Source: a bacterium
Lineage (GTDB): Bacteria; Electryoneota; JAOADG01
Length of the DNA stretch: 64,000 bases
Direction: 5' to 3'
Assembly (NCBI GenBank): GCA_963681965.1
Contig: OY820579.1
Coordinates: 3,168,001-3,232,000 of the forward strand
Part shown: positions 1 to 8,519 of the stretch, piece by piece
How the letters are laid out: each line of letters opens with the position of its first letter
How positions within the stretch are numbered: position 1 is the stretch's first letter
Translations under genes and position numbers: made by a program
The notes under the pieces: generated by a model
Told to the model about the DNA's origin: nothing
The model's database searches: none
The model's input: the letters and a program-made list of their open reading frames with translations, nothing else

Positions 1-104
1 ATCGCGCAGCAATGGAACGTGATACCGTAGTATCGAAAGCAACTGAATTGCTGAAACAACCGCAACGTATCCGCGAATTGCTGGCTACGAAATCGGCACA
101 ATGA
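1..104 (+). CDS. 3' end of an unidentified CDS truncated by the window edge
   Basis: Open frame from base 3 (RAAMERDTVVSKATELLKQPQRIRELLATKSAQ) ending at a TGA that overlaps the next ATG (ATGA at 101-104). Confidence 0.6.
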   Translation, partial: RAAMERDTVVSKATELLKQPQRIRELLATKSAQ

Positions 105-922
105 GTCTTTTCGAGCTGGTTATATTTATTTGTTCCGGCTTCTGTGTCGGTATCTTGGCTGGTTTTATCGGTATCGGCGGTAACATCATTCTCATCCCGA
201 TCACCTTGGAAATGCTTCGCGCAAAAGGTGTACCGGAATCGGTTCGAACCCACTTGACTTACGGTTCGATGTTGGCGGTTACAGTGGTCACTGCGCTGTC
301 ATCGACCATTCGTCAATCGATGCACAAACTTGTACTCTGGCGATTAGTCCCTTGGTTTGTTGTCGGAAGCCTAATCTCGACCCAATTGCTCGGACGATTC
401 TTAAAGCAAATCAGCGGATCGACACTTCTCTTTTTCTTTGCGACCATGATTCTGGTGCTGGGAATTCAGTGGTTTGTCACTCGCAATCGTCCAGAGCATC
501 ACGAACCTCGGTTATTGACTTGGTGGATCATGCTCAGCGGTGGTTTTGTGATCGGTGCAGTCGCCTTAATGACGGGGTTAGGCGGTGGTGTGATCCTGAT
601 TCCATTGCTGGCAACACTCCATCGCGTACCGACGAAAAACCTGGCTGGAACTAGTAGTGCCGTTCTAATTTTTACTGCTGCTTCGGCAGCGACTGGATAT
701 CTGATCGGTGGGTTAGGTGTACCGGATCTACCTAGCGATGCGATCGGTTTCATTTGGCCGAAAATTACTCTAGCAGTGATTGTCGGTACGATTCCCGGAG
801 CGCAAATCGGTGCCATTCTAAATAAGAAATACTCGAAACAGTGGTTCCGGATTACATTTGCGCTAGTACAAATTATTATGTCGTTTTGGATGTTTTCGCG
901 TGCCTTTGCGGAGCTGCCATGA
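101..922 (+). CDS. Sulfite exporter TauE/SafE (TSUP) family membrane protein
   Basis: About 8 hydrophobic segments; two internally repeated G(I/L)GG motifs (GFIGIGGNI, GLGGGVILIP); GAQIGA near the C-terminus. Confidence 0.85.
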   Translation: MSLFELVIFICSGFCVGILAGFIGIGGNIILIPITLEMLRAKGVPESVRTHLTYGSMLAVTVVTALSSTIRQSMHKLVLWRLVPWFVVGSLISTQLLGRFLKQISGSTLLFFFATMILVLGIQWFVTRNRPEHHEPRLLTWWIMLSGGFVIGAVALMTGLGGGVILIPLLATLHRVPTKNLAGTSSAVLIFTAASAATGYLIGGLGVPDLPSDAIGFIWPKITLAVIVGTIPGAQIGAILNKKYSKQWFRITFALVQIIMSFWMFSRAFAELP

Positions 923-3579
923 ACCACCGGTATTCGATTATCTTGCTTATGAGCTGCTTGCTTGCCGGAATCTCCTTTGCCCGACCGATAGCGATAAAAC
1001 TCACCAACCGCACAAACAAATCGTCGGTACTATCTCACTACAAACGCGCTTCGATTGCTTGTAACGATGCTTTCCCGAATGCAACTCCCCAATCGGGATT
1101 GGCACAATGGATCACGATCGATGATCGCGCAATTTCGATTGACTCGTTACGTATGATCGGCGCTGTCGAAATCATCGATTCTTTGGTTCCCCGACAAATC
1201 GATGTCATTCACTCGGTTCCAAAATTTCTTCCCCAACCTCCCCCCTCTTCCGAAGATCAAGCACCCGATGTCGAACCCTACCGTTACATGCAATGGCATC
1301 TTGATCGAATTTGTGCCGATGCCGCATCAGTTTATACCCATGGCAGCGAATCGCTTATCGTCGCAGTAGTGGATATCGGTACCGATATTCACCATCCCGA
1401 TCTGGAAGAGCGCTTGTATATCAACGCATCGGAACGGAACGGCTTCGAGGGAATGGACGACGATCAAAACGGGTATATTGACGATTGGAGTGGCTGGGAT
1501 TTCGCTGATCACGACAATGATCCTTCGCCTCCATCAGGTAGTGATGAAGAACATGGCACTCACATCGCCGGTATCATCCTCGGCGCGATGAATTCCCGCT
1601 TCGGAACCGGTATCGCACCCCATGTCAAATTATTGGCTGTTCGAGTGGGCAGCCTTACTAATGTGTATTACGGATATCAAGGCATCTATTACGCGGTTCA
1701 ACGCGGTGCGAAACTAATTAACTGTTCCTGGAGTAGCGATAACTATTCACCGATCGAAGCCGCTGCCGTTCAATACGCCATCTCGCAAGGCGCTGTTATC
1801 ATCGCCGCTGCCGGAAATTTGGGAGTCAATCATCTGACCTTTCCGGCTATTTTACCCGGAGTGATTTCAGTCGGTGCTACAGATCGGAATGATCTTAGAG
1901 CATCTTTCAGCAATTATGGTTCGGGAATAACGACGTGGGCACCCGGACTTGATATTCCCTCCACCCTCCCCAATTCTTCATTCGGATTGATGAGTGGTAC
2001 TTCGATGGCAGCTCCGGTGGTCACTGGCGTCGCAGCGCTTGTTATGTCGATCAATCCCAATCTGACTCCCGCTGAATTCCAACAAATTGTCGTGGGTAGT
2101 GCCGATCAAATTCATGCCATCGAATCGATACCCGCGTCTCGCGTGAATGCCTATCGCGCTGTTGCCGAAGCGCTTGCGTTACAGGGTACAACTGTTCCGC
2201 AATGGTCGGGCGACCCAAATCCCCGTGGAATAATTCGATTGACTATTCCGATCCAGCAAAATAATATTTCCGACGAGATCTTTTCTTTAGACGGTACAAC
2301 AATCTCGGGTGGTTCTTGGATTGGTTCTACAACCACAATGACCAATCTCGATAGCGGAAGATCGAAAACTGGAACGCTCTCGCTTTATTTGCCCGTTACT
2401 ATTGTTCGGGGACATTCAATTACAATTGGTTGGCGTGCTCGAGTCGATCAAAACACCCGTTTTACCGGAATCGCAACCACACGATTAGCACCCCCGGAAG
2501 TAACAATTGAAGATTCGCAGATGCGTTTGACATTTTCCGGAATTGGTGCACTAGGCGTTTTCGATAAGTACTCACCTTATCCGATTGGTGTATCACTCCA
2601 GTCCCCTCCCGGAGCGTATGGCGTTATTTATCACGGTTCCTTCTTATTAGCGGTCGCACCAGAAAACACTACGAACTGCGTTATTGACAATGTCTGGGGG
2701 GACGGTTCTACGAGTAATGATTGGGAAGTCTCTTTAATGCAACCAATCACAACAACCGGATCGCCTCCTACCCGCATGGAGACTATGGCACAACCATTGT
2801 TCACACGATCTACTCTGCCGGTTCAAGTCTATTGGACAGCACAAATGGCCAGTAGCGATGCGCGTACCCCTGCGGTCGACATTACCGCCCGAATTCACAA
2901 TTCGAGCCCTGTCCAAATCGAGAAGCTGATTGCCGGGTGGATCATCGACCTTGACGTTGGCGATTATTCGCATGATGTCGCATCGGCACAACTGGATAAA
3001 AAGTTGATCACGATTGGCGATACATCTGCGTCCGAACGGTATGGAATTTGGATCAATAATGGTAATGTCTCGGTCTTGCGGTCGATCAATCCACCCTCTC
3101 CTTACAGCTACACGTGGACTGATAAATGGAAATGCCAATTGTTATCCAGTACCGGATCGACTGGAACAACAATCGCACCTAGCGACTATGCATTGTTGTT
3201 TGCCACCGACTCGTTTTCACTTGCCGGAAATGCTGACTATCTTTTGTCGTTTCGACTGTTTAAGGCGACTTCACTGCAACAAGCAAACTATATGGTCACA
3301 GAGTGGAATGGTGGTTCTATGACCGGTTCTCAAGTACAACCGAAGAAATCGGAAATTAAAATTTCCAATTTCGGTTCGCGGCTGAATGTCAATTTGCCAC
3401 AGCACACATCGGCGACTGTCACTGTTTTCGATGTTTTAGGTCGTGAAGTGAAAAAAACGCGAATACAAGACGGTGCATCCAACATTTCGCTATTCGGTTT
3501 GCCGTTCGGCACCTACTTTATCGCGACACGTACCGCAAATACCGAGTTTCCGGTACATAAAATTGTCTATCTACCTTAG
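919..3579 (+). CDS. Secreted S8 (subtilisin-like) serine peptidase with C-terminal sorting-type domain
   Basis: Catalytic motifs VVDIG, HGTHIAG, AAAGN, GTSMAAP; DDDQNGYIDD loop; signal peptide from ATG 919 (ATGA overlap with upstream gene); tail 'VTVFDVLGREV...GTYFI...KIVYLP'. Confidence 0.9.
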   Translation: MNHRYSIILLMSCLLAGISFARPIAIKLTNRTNKSSVLSHYKRASIACNDAFPNATPQSGLAQWITIDDRAISIDSLRMIGAVEIIDSLVPRQIDVIHSVPKFLPQPPPSSEDQAPDVEPYRYMQWHLDRICADAASVYTHGSESLIVAVVDIGTDIHHPDLEERLYINASERNGFEGMDDDQNGYIDDWSGWDFADHDNDPSPPSGSDEEHGTHIAGIILGAMNSRFGTGIAPHVKLLAVRVGSLTNVYYGYQGIYYAVQRGAKLINCSWSSDNYSPIEAAAVQYAISQGAVIIAAAGNLGVNHLTFPAILPGVISVGATDRNDLRASFSNYGSGITTWAPGLDIPSTLPNSSFGLMSGTSMAAPVVTGVAALVMSINPNLTPAEFQQIVVGSADQIHAIESIPASRVNAYRAVAEALALQGTTVPQWSGDPNPRGIIRLTIPIQQNNISDEIFSLDGTTISGGSWIGSTTTMTNLDSGRSKTGTLSLYLPVTIVRGHSITIGWRARVDQNTRFTGIATTRLAPPEVTIEDSQMRLTFSGIGALGVFDKYSPYPIGVSLQSPPGAYGVIYHGSFLLAVAPENTTNCVIDNVWGDGSTSNDWEVSLMQPITTTGSPPTRMETMAQPLFTRSTLPVQVYWTAQMASSDARTPAVDITARIHNSSPVQIEKLIAGWIIDLDVGDYSHDVASAQLDKKLITIGDTSASERYGIWINNGNVSVLRSINPPSPYSYTWTDKWKCQLLSSTGSTGTTIAPSDYALLFATDSFSLAGNADYLLSFRLFKATSLQQANYMVTEWNGGSMTGSQVQPKKSEIKISNFGSRLNVNLPQHTSATVTVFDVLGREVKKTRIQDGASNISLFGLPFGTYFIATRTANTEFPVHKIVYLP

Positions 3580-3610
3580 TCTTATTCAAAGGATCTTGGC
3601 AACGAATTGT

Positions 3611-5374
3611 ATGACTGAAATTGACTATATCTTTCAACCTTTCCGACTAAAACGCAGTCGCCTCGTTTATTGCCTTTGGATCTCGATTGCGATTGCCGCT
3701 TGGACGATGTCCGGTTGTGCAAAAATTAAATCGCCACCCGGTGGACCCATCGACTTAAAAGGTCCGATACCGGTTACAACATCTCCCGAGCAGGGAGCGA
3801 CCAAAGTCAATGCTAGCAGTCCAATCGAAATCCAATTTGACTCGCGATTGCAGAAAATCGATCCTGCTGTTGTGTCGCTTTCCCCATTTCCCCATTCCGG
3901 ACTTCGGGTATACGGCAAAGGTAAAAATCTAATTGTTCAACCACTGGAACCATTATTACCGGCTACTACTTATCGTTTGACCATTTCCACTCAACTGATT
4001 AATGAACGCGGCAATCACATGTCGCAACCGCTGGAGCTGGTATTTAGTACCGGCGATAGCATCGCTACCGGTGTAATTCGCGGATGTGTGTTCGATAACG
4101 GCAACTCCCGTAACATCTGGATTTGGGGCTGGCGAATTGACGGTAAATTTGGTAGTCGATTTTCCAATTTCGTGCCCGAACCGTGGCTGGATGTTCCCGA
4201 TGTAGTCGCAGCACTAGACAGTATCGGACATTTCGAACTGGCAGGTTTGTCATCCGGAAAATATCGAATTTATGCAATCGACGATATCGACAAAGACCGC
4301 CGCTACAATCCCTCGGTCGACCGTCTCGGCATCACTTTCGGCGATCCAATTCTACCGCGGGATTCGGCAATCGTGTTTTCCTTCTTGCTCTTTACCCGCG
4401 ATACGATTGCTCCACAGATTCTATCGGCGAGAATGATTGCACCGCGAATTGCATCCATCCGTTTTACCCGACCAGTAATTGCAACACCCGGCAAAAACGC
4501 TGTGATTAGAACGGTTGATTCGACCAGATTGACTGGAATTTCTTATCAAGATCCCACGGACTCGACCCGATGGTATGCGATTTTCCCGGTAGTACCCGAT
4601 CGCGACTCATTGCAATTGCAGTTTTCTGCTCTACAGGATCGTCTGGGAAACATGATTCCCGATACCGTCGTTACGAAGCGTTTCCCCGCTCGAGTTACTG
4701 GCGAAGATACGCTCGTACCGCGAGTTCACACGATTACACCGGCGATGGGATGGGTGAATCGCAATCAGGAATGGATCATCACGTCAACGGCAACAGTGGA
4801 ACCGGGGGGATTTCAAAAAAGTATTACCGGTTTCAATGTGATCGATTCAGTCAAAATTCCTGTTTCTGTCCAGCAAATCGATGCGACCACTGCACGAGTA
4901 AAACCGGTATCCGATTTACCAGAACGTATTTGGTTTGAAATCGCGATTACCCCTAAAAGTTGGAAATCGTTAACCGGTATCGCCGGTACAGACACCACGA
5001 TCAAATATCGTTTTCAGATTTTACCGACCGATACGACTGGAACGGTTCACGTAAAAGTTGTCGATGAATTCTACGGGAACAAGGGTTCGATCGTTATCGA
5101 ACTCATACCATTCAATCGATTTTCTCAGATTCCCGGCTGGTCAAGCGAAGCAGTTCCCGCGACTCAAATCGTTAATACCGATGGTTCGATTGAATTAACA
5201 ACCTTACCGGGATCATATCGGCTGCGTGCCTTCTCCGATGAGAACAAGAACGGAATTCCCGATCCGGGTAGTTTACGCCCATTTCAGTTTGCCGAACCAG
5301 TCACCATTGGGAGTGATTCGATTCGAGTGCGAACACGCTGGACAAACGAAGGTATCCGTCTCAAATTGCGGTAA
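3611..5374 (+). CDS. Ig-like domain (Big_5/SbsA-type) lipoprotein
   Basis: Lipobox-like MSGC followed by PPGGPID; 'PLLPATTYRLTI...LVFSTG' Ig-like signature; GKYRIYAIDD and GSYRLRAFSDEN beta repeats; start uncertain (ORF track opens at 3473). Confidence 0.7.
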   Translation: MTEIDYIFQPFRLKRSRLVYCLWISIAIAAWTMSGCAKIKSPPGGPIDLKGPIPVTTSPEQGATKVNASSPIEIQFDSRLQKIDPAVVSLSPFPHSGLRVYGKGKNLIVQPLEPLLPATTYRLTISTQLINERGNHMSQPLELVFSTGDSIATGVIRGCVFDNGNSRNIWIWGWRIDGKFGSRFSNFVPEPWLDVPDVVAALDSIGHFELAGLSSGKYRIYAIDDIDKDRRYNPSVDRLGITFGDPILPRDSAIVFSFLLFTRDTIAPQILSARMIAPRIASIRFTRPVIATPGKNAVIRTVDSTRLTGISYQDPTDSTRWYAIFPVVPDRDSLQLQFSALQDRLGNMIPDTVVTKRFPARVTGEDTLVPRVHTITPAMGWVNRNQEWIITSTATVEPGGFQKSITGFNVIDSVKIPVSVQQIDATTARVKPVSDLPERIWFEIAITPKSWKSLTGIAGTDTTIKYRFQILPTDTTGTVHVKVVDEFYGNKGSIVIELIPFNRFSQIPGWSSEAVPATQIVNTDGSIELTTLPGSYRLRAFSDENKNGIPDPGSLRPFQFAEPVTIGSDSIRVRTRWTNEGIRLKLR

Positions 5375-5474
5375 TCATCAGACAATGTTTTGAAATATTG
5401 ATGGTTATATTTGATTTGGGCGTCATGTGATCTTATTGTACATTTAGGCTTCCTTAGTTTCACTGGGTAAATTC

Positions 5475-6542
5475 ATGACCTATGCAGTAATAATGGCTGG
5501 AGGTATCGGTTCCCGCTTCTGGCCACTTTCAAGACGTACAAAACCGAAACAGTTATTGAAAATTTTCGGTGATCGCACTTTGATCCAAGAGACAGTCGAA
5601 CGGTTGTCTCCACTGATTTCCATCGATATGGTTCGCATCGTTACTGTTGAGGATCAAGTCGAAGGATTGCGTAAATCGGTACCTGCATTACAACGAAATC
5701 AATTTTTAACCGAACCCGATGGTCGCAATACAGCGCCATGTATCGCATTGGCGGCAATTCATCTTGCCAAAGTTGCTCCGCAATCGGTTATAATAGTGCT
5801 ACCTGCCGATCATCGGATTATTCGCGAAGCCGACTTCCGCGATATTCTTGCGACTGCGATTACTCAGGCACAGAATGACGATTGTTTAGTTACAATCGGG
5901 ATTCGACCCACCCGTCCTGAAACCGGTTATGGCTATATCCAGTATGAAGAAAACCCACCAATCGCACCCGGTGTCCATCGGGTACGCACTTTTGCCGAGA
6001 AACCGGAACGTACCGATGCCGAACTTTTTATTCGGTCAGGTGACTTTTTGTGGAATGCGGGTATCTTTGTTGCCCGGGTCGATACCCTCTTAGAGCAATA
6101 CGAACGTTACCTTCCCGATTTCTATCACGATTTGATCGAGTATTCGAACACGATTGGCACCCGCGAAGAGATGAAATCGCGCAAGCAGCTCTATGCTCAG
6201 ACCAAGCCCGTATCGTTCGATAAGGGCATCATGGAACATGCGAAAAACGTTTTGGTTATTCCTGCCGAAATCGGGTGGTCCGATGTCGGAAATTGGAATG
6301 AAGTGAAACGTTTGCACCCTGCCGATTCAAATAATAATGCAATTTTCGGTGATGGGGATTTCTTCGGCGCAAATGGATGTTATATTCACAGTACCGGACA
6401 TTTTACTGCTGTCGTTGGTTTGGATAATGTCGTTGTCGTACATACTGAGGATGCAACGCTCGTGTGTAATATTGATAAAGTACAGGATGTTCGCGATGTC
6501 GTTGCTGCCCTTAGTCGCGAGCGTCGAGATAAGTTGTATTGA
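5475..6542 (+). CDS. manC: Mannose-1-phosphate guanylyltransferase
   Basis: MAGGIGSRFWPLSR..PKQ, EPDGRNTAPCI, LPADH, PETGYGYI, FAEKP, WNAGIF, WSDVG motifs; no PMI cupin domain. Confidence 0.93.
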   Translation: MTYAVIMAGGIGSRFWPLSRRTKPKQLLKIFGDRTLIQETVERLSPLISIDMVRIVTVEDQVEGLRKSVPALQRNQFLTEPDGRNTAPCIALAAIHLAKVAPQSVIIVLPADHRIIREADFRDILATAITQAQNDDCLVTIGIRPTRPETGYGYIQYEENPPIAPGVHRVRTFAEKPERTDAELFIRSGDFLWNAGIFVARVDTLLEQYERYLPDFYHDLIEYSNTIGTREEMKSRKQLYAQTKPVSFDKGIMEHAKNVLVIPAEIGWSDVGNWNEVKRLHPADSNNNAIFGDGDFFGANGCYIHSTGHFTAVVGLDNVVVVHTEDATLVCNIDKVQDVRDVVAALSRERRDKLY

Positions 6543-6599
6543 TTTTTATCGGCTTTTTATCGATCTTTTAATTGTTTTGAATTGAGTTGACCTTCCGTT

Positions 6600-6830
6600 A
6601 TGAGTAAATCGCGTGAGTACGACCAATTACTGGATTCGGCTCGGTCTCGATTCCGAAGTGTCCGGCATCTGACCGGCGATTTTCGGGGTGGTGCGTGGAT
6701 TAGTCCCGACGGAAAGCATTTACTCATCAATAAAATGTTGCCGTTGGACGAACGTATCGAATTATTGCGCAGATTATTGTCGATCGAAAACCCGATCCCG
6801 GGATCGGAGCAATTGGAGCAGAACCGATGA
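6600..6830 (+). CDS. Small hypothetical protein translationally coupled to the Crp-family gene
   Basis: 76-aa ORF filling the gap; ATGA overlap with the next gene at 6827-6830. Confidence 0.6.
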   Translation: MSKSREYDQLLDSARSRFRSVRHLTGDFRGGAWISPDGKHLLINKMLPLDERIELLRRLLSIENPIPGSEQLEQNR

Positions 6831-7504
6831 AACAAGATTTATTACGCAATGTACCCCTATTTCGCGGGCTCGCGGCACACGATCTCGAACGCATCGCCGA
6901 ACTGATGGTGCCGAAAAAATTCAAGCGGAATAATCTCATCATCTTCGAAGACGATCTCGGACAGAATCTGTTTATCATTGAACGCGGTCGCGTCAAAGTC
7001 AGCGGCATCTCGAATGAAGGGGGCGAAGCGATCTTCGCAATCCTGGGCGACGGCGATATCTTCGGCGAACTTTCGATTTTAGACGGTCTGGCACGCAGCG
7101 CGACGGTAACTTCGATTGAAGATGTCGAGTTGTGGGTATTAAACCGCAATCAATTCCTGGACTTGCTGGACAAGTATCCCAGTATCGCAATCGAGCTATT
7201 GCGCGAATTAGCCAGCCGCCTGCGAAAATCCGACGCACAGATCAAGAGTCTGACGTTGAAGGATGCGCGTGGACGGGTTGCCAATACTTTGATTCGCATG
7301 GCGGAAGATATCGGTTCGATCCGCGACGGCAAGGTCGTCGTACAGAACCTCCCGTTGCAGCGCGACATCGCGAACTTGGCGGGTACCAGCCGTGAAACGG
7401 TATCGCGCCTCCTTTCCAAATTCGAAGAGGAAGGACTGCTGCATCGCCAAGGCTCGGCATTGGTCTTCAACGATTTCGAGGAATTTAAACGCCAATTGCG
7501 ATAA
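6827..7504 (+). CDS. Crp/Fnr family transcriptional regulator (cNMP-binding domain + HTH)
   Basis: FGELS...RSAT phosphate-binding cassette; HTH 'QRDIANLAGTSRETVSRLL'; no FNR cysteines. Confidence 0.93.
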   Translation: MKQDLLRNVPLFRGLAAHDLERIAELMVPKKFKRNNLIIFEDDLGQNLFIIERGRVKVSGISNEGGEAIFAILGDGDIFGELSILDGLARSATVTSIEDVELWVLNRNQFLDLLDKYPSIAIELLRELASRLRKSDAQIKSLTLKDARGRVANTLIRMAEDIGSIRDGKVVVQNLPLQRDIANLAGTSRETVSRLLSKFEEEGLLHRQGSALVFNDFEEFKRQLR

Positions 7505-7526
7505 TCTGATTTTTTTTCAAAATCAA

Positions 7527-7553
7527 GCCGGACATCCTGTCCGGTTTTTTTTT
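7527..7553 (+). terminator. Rho-independent terminator after the crp-family gene
   Basis: ccggaca-tcc-tgtccgg hairpin followed by a T-run. Confidence 0.8.
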
Positions 7554-7639
7554 GTATCAGAGGAGGTTATGCTTCAGCCTGACTTTTTTTTTCAAAATCC
7601 TTTTTCTTTGCACTCTATAATCAATCTCGAGGTTATATA

Positions 7640-7767
7640 GTATCTCTTAAAAAAAAGTTGTTATCTGTAGTAGGGGCGGGTCCCCGCGCCCGCCCGCAAG
7701 TATTTGCATGTACCGACACTCATTTACTTGTTCGACACAATGTCACGATATCTTATTTTAGAGATAC
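7640..7767 (+). repeat. Composite GTAG-REP/MITE-like dispersed element, copy 1 (long, degenerate)
   Basis: gttgttatctgtagtaggggcggg...cccgccc core; ends gtatctct.../...agagatac are inverted; internal segment matches copy 3. Confidence 0.7.
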
Positions 7768-7827
7768 TTTATTGGTCAGTATTCCAGATTCTAGTTTTCG
7801 ATTGTACAAGTAGCAATCTTGATAAAT

Positions 7828-7855
7828 AAAAAAAGGCGGGGCTGAAGCCCCACCT
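7828..7855 (-). terminator. Terminator after the HIT gene
   Basis: A-run then aggcggggc-tgaa-gccccacct hairpin; gives a U-tail on the minus strand. Confidence 0.65.
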
Positions 7856-7884
7856 CCGACACCAAAGATGATTGCTAATAATCG

Positions 7885-8376
7885 TTACTTTTGCTCCTGA
7901 AACAACGGGAAGAGCGCATCATATACCGCCTGCAGGCTTTCGCTGACGACACGCGTATCGGTCAGAACCGGCATAAAATTCGTATCGCCCGACCAGCGCG
8001 GAACGATGTGATAGTGCAAATGATCGGCAATTCCCGCACCAGCGACCAGTCCTAAATTCATCCCGACATTGAAGCCATGTGGATGAGCTGTCGTCGTTAA
8101 ATTCTCGCAGCACCGCGCGATCAGTTGTCCCAATTCGATATGCTCTTCAACGGTCAAATCCGAATACGAGGCGATGTGCCGATACGGAATCACCATCAAG
8201 TGACCGTTGGTGTATGGATATTTATTCAACATCACGAATGCCGATTTGCCCCGATGCAATAAATTATTGTCGGGGTCTTTATGCTCTTCCGGAATCTTAC
8301 AGAAAAGACATCCATCGACACTTTCGTGTGCAGCTTTGATGTATTCCATTCGCCAAGGTGCCCAAACCCGTTCCAT
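7885..8376 (-). CDS. HIT-family nucleotide hydrolase/phosphorylase (Ap4A phosphorylase-like)
   Basis: WAPWRMEY, CLFC, NKYPYTNGHLMV, HLHYHIVPRW (HxHxH) motifs. Confidence 0.9.
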   Translation of the reverse strand: MERVWAPWRMEYIKAAHESVDGCLFCKIPEEHKDPDNNLLHRGKSAFVMLNKYPYTNGHLMVIPYRHIASYSDLTVEEHIELGQLIARCCENLTTTAHPHGFNVGMNLGLVAGAGIADHLHYHIVPRWSGDTNFMPVLTDTRVVSESLQAVYDALFPLFQEQK

Positions 8377-8470
8377 ATCCTGCCTCAATCGTTAACGACC
8401 CATAATATACAACGAAACTTCCGGTTTCGTTTGAATTTCATTCAAGAATCACTGAAATCGAGCAAGCCCG

Positions 8471-8502
8471 AAAAAAAAGGCGGACGATCAAGTCCGCCTT
8501 TT
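8471..8502 (-). terminator. Terminator after the EF-G paralogue
   Basis: aaaaaaaggcggac-gatcaa-gtccgccttt hairpin flanked by A/T runs. Confidence 0.75.
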
Positions 8503-8519
8503 CCAATGCTTCAATCAGA

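Noticed and set aside
7569-7640. Phe-rich 23-aa ORF (MLQPDFFFQNPF...) after AGGAGG as a leader peptide
   Set aside because: RBS is only about 2 nt from the ATG, the Phe codons are a T homopolymer, and no plus-strand gene follows
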